Of a DNA stretch of 64,000 bases, positions 45,962 through 54,831 are shown one piece after another. Source of the DNA: a virus. The translations under genes and the position numbers were made by a program. The stretch covers positions 2,336-66,335 of the IMG/VR virus record IMGVR_UViG_3300031251_000017. One strand, 5' to 3'. The notes under the pieces were generated by a model. The model had not been told where the DNA came from and made no database searches. It saw only the letters and a list, made by a program, of their open reading frames with translations. The first letter of the stretch is position 1. The number at the start of each line of letters is the position of its first letter.

Positions 45962-47164
45962 TCAAGCCACCTTGTCGAGGATTTTCCGCGCGGCCATTTC
46001 CTGCGCGACGCGATCGTCGTTATTCGGAATGTCCCGCGCGTTCGCGGTAAGAGCCTGAGCGAAATCCCAAGCCGAGCGAACCGGAACGCCTTCCTCGCGC
46101 TCGCCTTGCTCAAGGATTTCGAGGGCCTTCTTCTTCGAGAAGTCGCGGCTCTGGAGGAAGGCGAGGGCCTCGTCTTCGTCCTTCGCGACTTGAGCCTCTT
46201 TCGCCGCGCGAACGCCGTCGAGCAGCTTCTTTTCCGAACCGTTGGCGAAGGAAGCGAGCGCCGGGCGGGCTTGCTCAAGGAAGCGCGCGGGGGCGTATTT
46301 CGAGTGAACCATCCTGATTTCCTCGAAGCCTTCGACGCCCCACATGATGCGGTTGCAGCAAATTCCGCGAAGATAGAAACAGGCGATCTTGAGGGCGCCC
46401 GAGCCGACTTCCGAGTTCGTAACGTAGAAGCCCCGGAAGACGAGATCGGGAGAACCGTCCGGGAGCTTGCCGATCTCGATCGGGTTGCGATCGTCGACAA
46501 GGAAGACGAACACGTCGCGATCCGAAGCGAACAAGGTCGTCGTGTCGAGCGTGACGGGCGCCTCGGGATCGTAGTGGTGGGTGCGCCAATCGAGGACGCC
46601 GGGAACCTTCCAACGCTCGTCTCCGGTCCCGTTGCCCGCGATGATCTGGATCGCTTCGACGACTTCGGCGTCGAAGATTCGGCCGTAGTCGACTCCCGTA
46701 ACCGCGCGAAGCTCGTCTCCGGCCGAGTAGCTCTTGATTGTCTCGCCGGTCCGATTGTAGCGGAGCGAATAGGTCAGGTCGTCGGCGACGTTTTGGCTCG
46801 GGAGAGTCCGAAGCCAGCCGGCCGGGGCCTTCCCGAGCGAGCAGAGTTGATTGAACGACCAGTGGGTCGCGCCGAGTTCGGTCCCGTCCGGGAGGCCGAC
46901 CGAAAGAAGGTTCGTATCGGCCTTCGTCTTCGGGACCGGCGCGAGAATCTCGATCTTGCGAGTATCGAGGACGGTCTCCCGCGAAGAGTCGCGGCGAGCC
47001 TTAACCGAGTCGAACAGGTCGGAGAGGGAAAGGAACTTCTCGTCGGGCGAGCGGCGCGACCACTCGCGAGCAAGTTCCATCCGGGTGTCGCCCTTTTGAA
47101 AATTGCCAACTTTGAAGGGGGCGACCTTGGCGGTCGAGGTATTGATCGGGGAAAGCGCGTTCAT
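45962..47164 (-). CDS. DUF932-family protein
   Basis: EW.RR.PDEKFLSL, THWSFNQL, LRAVTG.DYGRI.D, TTLFASDRDVFVFLVD, NSEVG and C.NR..WG; SD GGAGG; first gene of the leftward operon. Confidence 0.8.
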   Translation of the reverse strand: MNALSPINTSTAKVAPFKVGNFQKGDTRMELAREWSRRSPDEKFLSLSDLFDSVKARRDSSRETVLDTRKIEILAPVPKTKADTNLLSVGLPDGTELGATHWSFNQLCSLGKAPAGWLRTLPSQNVADDLTYSLRYNRTGETIKSYSAGDELRAVTGVDYGRIFDAEVVEAIQIIAGNGTGDERWKVPGVLDWRTHHYDPEAPVTLDTTTLFASDRDVFVFLVDDRNPIEIGKLPDGSPDLVFRGFYVTNSEVGSGALKIACFYLRGICCNRIMWGVEGFEEIRMVHSKYAPARFLEQARPALASFANGSEKKLLDGVRAAKEAQVAKDEDEALAFLQSRDFSKKKALEILEQGEREEGVPVRSAWDFAQALTANARDIPNNDDRVAQEMAARKILDKVA

Positions 47165-47210
47165 CGGTAAGTCCTCCGTCGTGATTGACGAGGGAAGACT
47201 AGATCGACGG

Positions 47211-47279
47211 CTTACCGTTTGGCAAGCCCCCAAATCGAAAAAAAGTGCCTATTGGTAATTTTTCTTGACTCGCGGCAAG
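47211..47279. promoter_or_regulatory. Leftward operator cluster (O_L-like)
   Basis: CTTACC-N4-GGCAAG (47211), AGTGCC-N4-GGTAAT (47244) and CTTGAC-N4-GGCAAG (47264). Confidence 0.6.
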
Positions 47280-47465
47280 CCGGACCCCTACAACCCCGGA
47301 ACGGGAGTCGCGGGGGGAAGGGGAACCATCTGGCTCTGCTAGAGATCACGACATAGATAGCCGAAGGGGGGAAAGCCTAAAGGCTTCCCCCCCCTATCCT
47401 TAGCCTCTCAATTACTACGGGATTCTACTTAGCCGCGCGCGTTCTTAATACGTGCGCGCCTGGCC

Positions 47466-48167
47466 CTAGAGCGGCCGATATTTTCCGATCACAAGCCCGA
47501 TCAACTCGATCCGCTCCCCGCCTTCTTCGATCAGATCGAGATCGGCGACGACCCCATCTTCCCGATCTCGGCCCGGCCGGCTCGCGAATTCGATTCGCTT
47601 CCCGGAGGCCGAGACCTCCCGACAGGAGACCTCCCGGAGCGCCCCTCGCTTACGCTCGATCACGACAAGATCGCCGGTGACGATCTGATCCCGCGCTTCG
47701 AAATAGGGAACGCAGATCACGAAGTCTTCGTTCTTAATCTCCCGACCGGCCATTGAATCCCCGGAGACTTTATAGGCGAACTGCATGGCCGGATGGTGCC
47801 GACCCGGAACGGCCGGCGCTTCGACTATTTCCCCAAATCCACAAAAAGCGGCTCCTTCCTCAAACCACCGCCTTGCACAAACCTCCCCCATAATTGCTGC
47901 TCCCGTTATCAGTATCGCACCCGCGCGCGAGCCTTTACCGGAAGCGGTTCCGTTTGAAATGTGCGCTGGCGTATATCCCGAATCGTCGAGGAAGATTGAG
48001 GCCGACACACCGAGTTCCTGAGCGAGCCTTTCGAGTTCCTCGACCCTCGCCAGCCTCTTGCCGTTCTCAATCCGGGAGAGCTGCGCCTCGGACATACCGA
48101 TCGCGTCTGCTAATTCTTTGAGCGTAAATTTTTCTTCCCTAACGGCTTTCAATAAATCGTTTCTCAT
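47466..48167 (-). CDS. cI: CI-like repressor (XRE HTH + S24 peptidase domain)
   Basis: TLKELADAIGMSEAQLSRIENG HTH; FAYKVSGDSM...IGLVIG; divergent from cro. Confidence 0.85.
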   Translation of the reverse strand: MRNDLLKAVREEKFTLKELADAIGMSEAQLSRIENGKRLARVEELERLAQELGVSASIFLDDSGYTPAHISNGTASGKGSRAGAILITGAAIMGEVCARRWFEEGAAFCGFGEIVEAPAVPGRHHPAMQFAYKVSGDSMAGREIKNEDFVICVPYFEARDQIVTGDLVVIERKRGALREVSCREVSASGKRIEFASRPGRDREDGVVADLDLIEEGGERIELIGLVIGKYRPL

Positions 48168-48294
48168 GGGTCTGGCCCTTTCATGGCGCCCCCTCCATCG
48201 GATCAAAACATCACCGATCGCGCATAAATAAACGCTCTTGCAGAAATTAGCACCCCCGGAATCTACCCAAAGAGGGGCCATTTATCGCCACGTC

Positions 48295-48324
48295 TTGACT
48301 CGCGTCTTACCAATCGGCAAGAAT
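48295..48324 (+). promoter_or_regulatory. P_R-like promoter overlapping an operator
   Basis: TTGACT ... AAGAAT with CTTACC-aatc-GGCAAG (48306-48321) in the spacer, just upstream of the cro ATG. Confidence 0.6.
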
Positions 48325-48331
48325 GGCTGTT

Positions 48332-48553
48332 ATGAGACTTGCCGAATACCTCGAAGCAAAAAGCCTGACCGCCTCGGCGTTCGCCGAGTCCGTGGGCATC
48401 ACCCCGACCGCCCTAAGCCGCTACCTTGGCGGCCAGAGGACGCCCTGTCTTGAGGTCGCCGGCCGGATCGTCGTCGCCTCGAAGGGCGAGGTCGACTTCC
48501 ACGACCACCTCGACCCGACGCTCGCGAAGAAGATCAAGGCGGCTCGGAGATGA
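48332..48553 (+). CDS. cro: Cro-like HTH regulator
   Basis: MRLAEYL...TASAFAESVGITPTALSRYLGGQRTP...SKGEV..D. Confidence 0.85.
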   Translation: MRLAEYLEAKSLTASAFAESVGITPTALSRYLGGQRTPCLEVAGRIVVASKGEVDFHDHLDPTLAKKIKAARR

Positions 48554-48882
48554 GTGCGCGCGAACCTCTCAAGACGCGGCGCGCGCACGAACTCGCCTCA
48601 ACCGAATTCCGGGGAGCGCCTTACGAGGTCGGCTTCGGCCGCTTCGAGGACGGTCGGCTCGCCGAAGTCTTCATCGACTGTCAAGCGAAGGGTCTGACTG
48701 CGATCTCCGACGACGCGAAAGATGTCGCCGTGTTGATCTCGATCGCTCTGCAATTCGGCGCGCCCGTTGAAGTGATCCGCGATTCTCTTACGCGCACAAG
48801 CGACGGCGAAGCGACCGGGATCGGCGGTCACGTTCTCGATCTTTTGGAAAACTCGAATCCTTCGGCCTCCCCGAAGGCGTGA
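48550..48882 (+). CDS. Stand-alone TSCPD-like protein (class II RNR C-terminal domain-like)
   Basis: GRFEDGRLAEVFID and AVLISIALQFGAP. Confidence 0.65.
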   Translation: MSAREPLKTRRAHELASTEFRGAPYEVGFGRFEDGRLAEVFIDCQAKGLTAISDDAKDVAVLISIALQFGAPVEVIRDSLTRTSDGEATGIGGHVLDLLENSNPSASPKA

Positions 48883-48934
48883 CGGCGCTCGCCCCGGCGT
48901 CAATAGCGCGGGGCTTATTCACTCCTTGCAACTA

Positions 48935-48960
48935 GCCCCGGCTTCGGCCGGGGCGCTTTT
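48935..48960 (+). terminator. Intrinsic terminator (tR1-like)
   Basis: gccccggc-ttcg-gccggggc followed by gcTTTT. Confidence 0.6.
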
Positions 48961-48977
48961 CCAAAAGGGAAACGCCG

Positions 48978-49199
48978 ATGAAATGGATCGACCCACGCTT
49001 CGCCGGGAGCACTATTCACGAAGGCGTTCCGGTTCGTCTTCCTCCGAAAAAGGTGTTTCACACGCTCGCCGTTCATAACGATCCGCCGACGAAGAAGACG
49101 CGCCGCGAAGGCTTGCCTCGGCCGACTCACCTTGTCCCGATCTACGCCCTAATCCCGAAGCGGACAGGCAAGCTCTATTCCTACGCAGGGCGCTACTAA
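48978..49199 (+). CDS. Hypothetical basic protein
   Basis: SD AGGG; co-oriented. Confidence 0.45.
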   Translation: MKWIDPRFAGSTIHEGVPVRLPPKKVFHTLAVHNDPPTKKTRREGLPRPTHLVPIYALIPKRTGKLYSYAGRY

Positions 49200-49217
49200 C
49201 CAAAGAAAGGTGCGGCA

Positions 49218-49700
49218 ATGTCCGAACAAGGCCACAACGGCTTCAACGCCACGACCGTCAATCGCTTCCTCGGGGAAGTGTTGCGCGTTCACGACAAGCT
49301 CGACGAAGCAAAGATCGAGCACATGAATAATTGCCGCGAGATTCGCGAGCCGATCAAGAGGATCGAGAAGCAAGCGAAGGATGCTGGAATCCCGCTCGCT
49401 GCGTTCCGCGCTCTCATCAAGTCCGAACTCGCCGAGCGCGCTTACAAGCGCGCGATCGACAAGGCTCGGCCGAACGATGAAGACGACGCCGATGCGTGGG
49501 ACGCGCTTCGAGAGATCGCGGCCGAAGGAAAGCCCGACGATCTGTTCTCTCATGCCGTCAAGAAGCACGACGAGGAAGACGAGGATCGCGACCTTCGTCC
49601 TCGCACGTTGCGCGAGAAGGAAGACGACGCGGCGAAGAAGAACGCAAAACTGATCGAGGAAGGTATCTCCGAACTCGACGATGGACTCGGTGACGACTAA
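49218..49700 (+). CDS. GapR/DUF2312-like nucleoid-binding protein (tentative)
   Basis: GHN N-terminus, coiled coil and QAKDAGI..AFRALIK resemble the GapR pattern. Confidence 0.5.
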   Translation: MSEQGHNGFNATTVNRFLGEVLRVHDKLDEAKIEHMNNCREIREPIKRIEKQAKDAGIPLAAFRALIKSELAERAYKRAIDKARPNDEDDADAWDALREIAAEGKPDDLFSHAVKKHDEEDEDRDLRPRTLREKEDDAAKKNAKLIEEGISELDDGLGDD

Positions 49701-50272
49701 TGAAAATCCTCGCCCTCGACATAGCTCGGACCTCGGGGTTTTGCGTCGGCGTGGCCGGCGAAGCAAAGCCCCGTGTATGGGCCGAGCGGCTCGCCAAGAA
49801 GGGCGAGGGTTACGAAGAAGCGTGCGCCAATCTCGGGCGCACGCTACGCGACTGGCTTCGCGTCGAAAGCCCCGACTTGATTGCGATCGAAAGCTGGCTT
49901 CACCCGCTTGCTCAACCGAGCGGCGACGCCGCGATTATGCAACTACATTTGCACGGTGTAGTGCGCGGGATCGTCGCTTGTAAGAGCATCCCGATTCGGA
50001 TGCCGACGCCGGCCGATGTGCGAATTCACTTTTGCGGGAAGTCTTCCGCCTTCAAGAGGACGCGCGGACCGAAGACGCCTCAAGAGAAAGCCGAAGCGCG
50101 CAAAGCGACGAAGGCGATGGTCATCAATCGCGCCATCCTGCTCGGCTATCTCCCGCGCGATTGCAAAGACGACAACGCGGCCGACGCCGCCGCCCTATGG
50201 GATTTCGCTTGCGCGCACTACGCGCGCGCCACGCCGCCTTCCATTCACCTATTCAACGAGGCCGCGCCATGA
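49700..50272 (+). CDS. RuvC-like Holliday junction resolvase
   Basis: ILALDIA..SG, IAIES and DDNAADAAALW acidic motifs. Confidence 0.75.
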   Translation: MKILALDIARTSGFCVGVAGEAKPRVWAERLAKKGEGYEEACANLGRTLRDWLRVESPDLIAIESWLHPLAQPSGDAAIMQLHLHGVVRGIVACKSIPIRMPTPADVRIHFCGKSSAFKRTRGPKTPQEKAEARKATKAMVINRAILLGYLPRDCKDDNAADAAALWDFACAHYARATPPSIHLFNEAAP

Positions 50273-50649
50273 ACGCAATCGAAGAAGTGGTTCGCCTTCG
50301 CAATCGGGTCGAGGAACTCGAAGCCGAACGCAAATTCTTGAAGGAGGCCCTACGCCCGAGCGATCGGCGCTTCTCGTCGCTCAAATTGACGCCGAGCGAG
50401 CGGACCATCCTTCATCGGCTCTACGCCGTCGCGCCGCAAGCTGTCTCGAATTCATCCTTGATCGTCGCGCTTGATAACGAAGACGCGGGTGATCCATTGA
50501 ATACGCTTGCGGTCTTTATTCACAAGCTGCGGAAGAAGGTCTCGCCGATCGGCGTCGTCATCTTTAACGACTACACAGTCGGCTATTACATCGAGACGAG
50601 CGGGAAGAAGATTCTCGACGGCGTTATCGCGCGCGAGGTCGAGCAATGA
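50269..50649 (+). CDS. OmpR/CtrA-type winged-helix DNA-binding protein lacking a receiver domain
   Basis: LTPSERTIL, NTLAVFIHKLRKK and GYYI wing. Confidence 0.75.
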   Translation: MNAIEEVVRLRNRVEELEAERKFLKEALRPSDRRFSSLKLTPSERTILHRLYAVAPQAVSNSSLIVALDNEDAGDPLNTLAVFIHKLRKKVSPIGVVIFNDYTVGYYIETSGKKILDGVIAREVEQ

Positions 50650-51212
50650 ACTGGCCCTTCGGGAACCTCCCGCGCTTCGCTTACGATCTAATCGTCGTCG
50701 ATCCTCCGTGGAGCTTCGAGAACTGGAGCGACAAAGACCTTCGGAAGACGGCGAAGGGTCAATACTCTTGCATGACGCAGCAGGACATCCTTCGTCTCCC
50801 GATCGGGAACCTCGCGAAGCGCGACGCCATCTGTCTCTTGTGGGCGACGAATCCAATGCTCAAGCAGGGGATCGAGGCGCTCGAAGCGTGGGGATTTCAA
50901 TACAAGACAAGCGCCCACTGGGTTAAGCGCACGAAGAAAAAGAAGCTAGGCTTCGGAACCGGCTACATCCTTCGCTCGGCCGGCGAGCCGTTGCTAGTCG
51001 GAACGATGGGCAAGCCGGAAACAACGAATAGCGTCCGATCGGTCTTCGAGGGTCTTGTGCGACAACACTCCCGCAAGCCGGAAGAATCCTTCGCATGGGC
51101 CGAGCGGCTTATGCCGGGCGCGAAGCGCGTCGAAATCTTCTCCCGTCAATCGCGCCCCGGATGGGATGCGTGGGGGAATGAGACAAACCGTTTTGTGAGG
51201 GGGCCGAAATGA
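50646..51212 (+). CDS. MT-A70-family adenine methyltransferase
   Basis: DPPW, LWAT, WGFQYK, HSRKPE, EIFSR and GWDAWGNE. Confidence 0.9.
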   Translation: MNWPFGNLPRFAYDLIVVDPPWSFENWSDKDLRKTAKGQYSCMTQQDILRLPIGNLAKRDAICLLWATNPMLKQGIEALEAWGFQYKTSAHWVKRTKKKKLGFGTGYILRSAGEPLLVGTMGKPETTNSVRSVFEGLVRQHSRKPEESFAWAERLMPGAKRVEIFSRQSRPGWDAWGNETNRFVRGPK

Positions 51213-51706
51213 CCGGGAACTGGTGGAACGCGGAACGCGAGCAACAGGTTCGCGAGCTTTGGCCGACGCACTCGGCTTCGGAGATCGGGGCGAAGATCGG
51301 CGCTTCTCGAAATGCCGTGATCGGCAAGGCTTCCCGGCTCGGCCTTACCGGCGGGAAGCCGAAGCCCATTCAAACGAGGAAGCCTTCCGCTGATCCGAAG
51401 ACGGTTAGGGCGCGCGCCCTTCGTCGAGCGCGCGCCGCCGGTATATCCCCACCCCCGCTTCCGAAACGCGAACCAGCGACCACGGCTCCCCCGCCGCCGG
51501 TCGATTCAAAGCGCGTCCCGCTAATCGAACTCACATACCGATCTTGCCGCTGGCCGCTCGGCGATCCTCAAGACGACGACTTCTGCTTCTGTGGGGCCGA
51601 TCGCGAGTCGCTCGCCGTCAATCGCCCTTACTGCGCCGGCCACGAGGTGCTCGCCTATCGGCCGACGACTGGTCTGATTCTCAAGAAGCGTCGGGGGATG
51701 TTGTGA
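51209..51706 (+). CDS. gcrA: GcrA cell-cycle regulator homolog
   Basis: W..E....LW..HSASEIG..IG.SRNAVIGKASRLGL and C-terminal CRWPLGDP...FCFCG...PYC..H...AY. Confidence 0.9.
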   Translation: MTGNWWNAEREQQVRELWPTHSASEIGAKIGASRNAVIGKASRLGLTGGKPKPIQTRKPSADPKTVRARALRRARAAGISPPPLPKREPATTAPPPPVDSKRVPLIELTYRSCRWPLGDPQDDDFCFCGADRESLAVNRPYCAGHEVLAYRPTTGLILKKRRGML

Positions 51707-52173
51707 GCGCCGTGGGGTCGATCATCAAATATGAGGACTTCCTCGGCGTGCTTGAACGCTTCGCCTTCGAGCGCGAGGAAACCGCGCGGCGCACAGGCTT
51801 CGAGCATCACAAGCGCGATTGCGAAGTCCTCGATCGACTCGTCCTTCTATTCGCCGCCGGGAAGCCCGAGATCATGCAGGCCCTTCGCACGGCTTCCAAG
51901 CGTCTCGAACGAGGGGCCTAGTGGCGAAATGAAGAAGCGCAAGAGCAAAAACGACGACCCGCGCGATTGCGCCTGCGGACTCAACAAGGGGCGCGGCTAC
52001 ATCTGGCGCGATGATACCGGCGTCGATCATATCGAATGTGAGGCGTGTTCAACCGGGCCTAGGTTCCCATATTGGCGCCCGCACACAGTGCATTACCGGG
52101 GTAGCCTCGGCGAAAGCAATACCCCGGCGCAAGGGGACTTGTTCGGGAATATTGCATTTATGGGGCCTCTCTA

Positions 52174-52524
52174 ATGCCGCTCCCGTCTCGGCAACACCGC
52201 TATTCGCTCGCGGACATTGTGACCGCCGCGAAGATGGCTGGCTCGGGAGCGAGCGCCGACGAGATAGCGCGGGCGATCGGTCGGGGGATGAACGTAACAG
52301 ACGTTTACAAGCTCCTGACCCGTTACGGAATCTCATTAATCCCGAAGCACCACACGCAGGTTTGCCTCCCGCTCGTCGTCTCGCGCGCTTCTATGGAAGC
52401 CGCGAGCGCGATCGCAGAGAAGATGGGCGAAGACCCGCAATGGCTCGTCGCTCGAATTCTTGAGGCTTGTATAACCGACCGCGCGACCGTTGCGCGTGTT
52501 CTAGAATGGATCGACCCACGATGA
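52174..52524 (+). CDS. Hypothetical HTH-like protein
   Basis: SADEIARAIGR; TAATG coupling. Confidence 0.5.
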   Translation: MPLPSRQHRYSLADIVTAAKMAGSGASADEIARAIGRGMNVTDVYKLLTRYGISLIPKHHTQVCLPLVVSRASMEAASAIAEKMGEDPQWLVARILEACITDRATVARVLEWIDPR

Positions 52525-52841
52525 ACACTTACGACATAATGTTCGGTGCGTTCTTTGGTTCGGCTATTGCCCTGTTTATCAAGGCCACGAACGAACTCGC
52601 TCGCGCGCGAAAAGACGCGACGCCCGAAGTCAAAGAACCGGAGAACTGCCCGCATTGCCGCTATTGGTGGCGAACCTCCTTTTGTGATCTCGGGAAGGAC
52701 TTCGATGGGCGGGAGATCATCCTCGGGATTTGTCGTCGCAACGCTCCGAAGGAAGTCGCGAACTGCTCAACGAAGCAATGGCCCGAGGTCGCGCACGACG
52801 ATTGGTGCGGCGAATTCGAGACGAAGGAATGGAAGAAGTGA
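52521..52841 (+). CDS. Hypothetical protein with Cys motif
   Basis: CPHCRYW...GICRRNAP...WPEV...DWCGEF. Confidence 0.6.
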   Translation: MNTYDIMFGAFFGSAIALFIKATNELARARKDATPEVKEPENCPHCRYWWRTSFCDLGKDFDGREIILGICRRNAPKEVANCSTKQWPEVAHDDWCGEFETKEWKK

Positions 52842-54013
52842 CCGACGCCGACTTCGACGCGTGGGTCCAGAAGGCCCGAGACACAAAGATCGAACACGTC
52901 GCCGAGGCGCTCGGGATTCGCGTCCCGGCGCGCGGAGAATATCAAGGCCCCTGCCCTATCTGCGGCGGCACCGATCGCTTCTCGATCAACGTCAAGAAGC
53001 AAGTCTTCAACTGTCGCGGCGGCGAAGGCGGCGACGCGATCAAGATGGTTCAGCATGTGAACGCCTGCGAATTCGTCCCGGCTTGCGAGTTCATCAACGA
53101 AGAACCGGCGCCGCGCTCGTCGAGCGGCTATCGCGAGCGCGATCCGGCGATCGACAAAGAGCGGAAGGAAGAACGGAAGGACGCCGCGATCGAGCGCGAG
53201 GAAAAGGAGAAGGCCGAGATCGACGATGCGATCGTTATCGCGACTCGCTTCTTTGACGAGGCGAAGCCGATCGAGGGAACGGTCGCCGAGGACTATCTGG
53301 AGCGACGTGGCCTTCCGGCCGGGTTCATCCCGCCGGGTTCCGATCTTCGCTTCGTCCCTCACCTCGCATACTGGGGATATGCCGACCGCGACTCCGGCGA
53401 GTTAATCGACCTCGGGCCGTTCCATTGCCTCGTCGGTGCGATCCGTGCGGTTGATGGGCGCATTATCGGCATCCATCGCACCTATCTCGGACCGGATGGC
53501 GGGAAGCTCCGACCGCCGGGAGACCCCGCTCGCAACCGGGCGAAGAAGATTTTCCGCAAGTCGCAAGGCGGTCTGATCCGCTTCGGCGAGATCGGCGAGA
53601 CGCTAGCCGTTGGTGAAGGCATCGAAAGCACCCTCTCCTTCCGCCGGCTTGCGCTGGAAGAAGCTGTCTCCGGGGTGCCGGGTGATGTTTCGTATGCGGC
53701 GGGAGTGTCGCTCGGGAACATTTCTGGTTCGTCGACCGGCACCATTCCCCATCCCAAGAAGAAGCGCGGCTCGATGCAAAACGGCGAACCCGATCCAGAC
53801 CATCCGGGAATGATCCTCCCCCCGCAAGTGAAGCGCCTGATCTTGATCGGCGACGGCGACTCCGATCCGGCTGAGACGGCGATGCGCCTTCGAACGGCGG
53901 GCGCGCGAGCGCGGCTAGCCGGGATCGAGGTCTCAATCTGGATGGCGCCCGAGGGGAAGGACGCAAACGATGTCCTGCTCGAAAACCTCAAGAACAGGAG
54001 CGCGGCGGAATGA
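52838..54013 (+). CDS. DNA primase (Zn-binding + Toprim)
   Basis: GPCPICGGTDRF, YLERRG, GIHRTYL, GEGIES, GDGD and GKDAND. Confidence 0.9.
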   Translation: MTDADFDAWVQKARDTKIEHVAEALGIRVPARGEYQGPCPICGGTDRFSINVKKQVFNCRGGEGGDAIKMVQHVNACEFVPACEFINEEPAPRSSSGYRERDPAIDKERKEERKDAAIEREEKEKAEIDDAIVIATRFFDEAKPIEGTVAEDYLERRGLPAGFIPPGSDLRFVPHLAYWGYADRDSGELIDLGPFHCLVGAIRAVDGRIIGIHRTYLGPDGGKLRPPGDPARNRAKKIFRKSQGGLIRFGEIGETLAVGEGIESTLSFRRLALEEAVSGVPGDVSYAAGVSLGNISGSSTGTIPHPKKKRGSMQNGEPDPDHPGMILPPQVKRLILIGDGDSDPAETAMRLRTAGARARLAGIEVSIWMAPEGKDANDVLLENLKNRSAAE

Positions 54014-54480
54014 ACCGGGTTGATCGAGTCGAGACTCACGCCGTTTTGGAAAAGAGGGGCGGCGTCGCGGTCCTCGCTATGCGCGAGGGGTCGGCGCCAA
54101 CGCTCGAAGACAAGCGCGAAAGGATTCTTCGACGAGAGGCGAAGGAACTCGATCGCCTGTTGAGGGTTCGCGCGCTTATATCGCCGCCGCCGGCTATGAC
54201 GATGACCGTGATCGCTTTGGCGGTCGGCCAGCACTTCCGAATAACGGGAGCCGAGATCAAATCTAAGAACAGATTTACAGGGCCGAGGTTCGCGCGCCTC
54301 GTCGCTTATTTCCTATCCCGCGAACTCACGACGGCTTCCTTCCCGACGATCGGTCGCTTCTTCGGGAAAGATCACACTTGCGCGCTCAAGGGGAATCGCC
54401 GGCTCGCCGATCGTCTAGCGGCTGGCGACAATCAACTCGCGTCCGATCTCGGCGCGATCAAGGAAAGGATCGGGCTATGA
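54010..54480 (+). CDS. DnaA C-terminal (domain IV)-like HTH protein
   Basis: EIKSKNR...ARLVAYFLSRELT.ASFPTIGRFFGKDHT. Confidence 0.85.
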   Translation: MNRVDRVETHAVLEKRGGVAVLAMREGSAPTLEDKRERILRREAKELDRLLRVRALISPPPAMTMTVIALAVGQHFRITGAEIKSKNRFTGPRFARLVAYFLSRELTTASFPTIGRFFGKDHTCALKGNRRLADRLAAGDNQLASDLGAIKERIGL

Positions 54481-54701
54481 GCCAATCGCGCAAGCACTCG
54501 GCCTTTGAGGCAGTAGCGAACACGGTCGTCGGGATCGCGCTTTCGTTCGCCTCCGTTCAATGGCTGTTTCCCCTGTTCGGCGTCGAGATGTCGCTCTCGC
54601 AGAACTTCGCGTCGACCGGGTTGATGACGATCCTCTCGCTTATCCGGTCTTACGCGCTTCGGCGGGTCTTCAACTGGCTACATCGGCGGGGGCTTAATTG
54701 A
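54477..54701 (+). CDS. Small two-TM phage membrane protein
   Basis: MSQSRKHSAFEA..N...SLIRSYALRRVFN. Confidence 0.7.
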   Translation: MSQSRKHSAFEAVANTVVGIALSFASVQWLFPLFGVEMSLSQNFASTGLMTILSLIRSYALRRVFNWLHRRGLN

Positions 54702-54831
54702 TCGAGCGCCTCCCCTATCGTTTCCGATCGACCGGCCGACTCGTCTTTATCATCGTCGTGCGGACCCCCTCCCGCATGATTAAGCGCGCTCGTAAGAAAG
54801 CGCGCGCCGCCCGACTTAACCCGAGGCCAGC

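Noticed and set aside
47280-47465. Replication origin in the G/C-run hairpin region downstream of cI
   Set aside because: One hairpin (gggggg-aaagcc-taaa-ggctt-cccccc) but no iterons or AT-rich unwinding tract; insufficient support.
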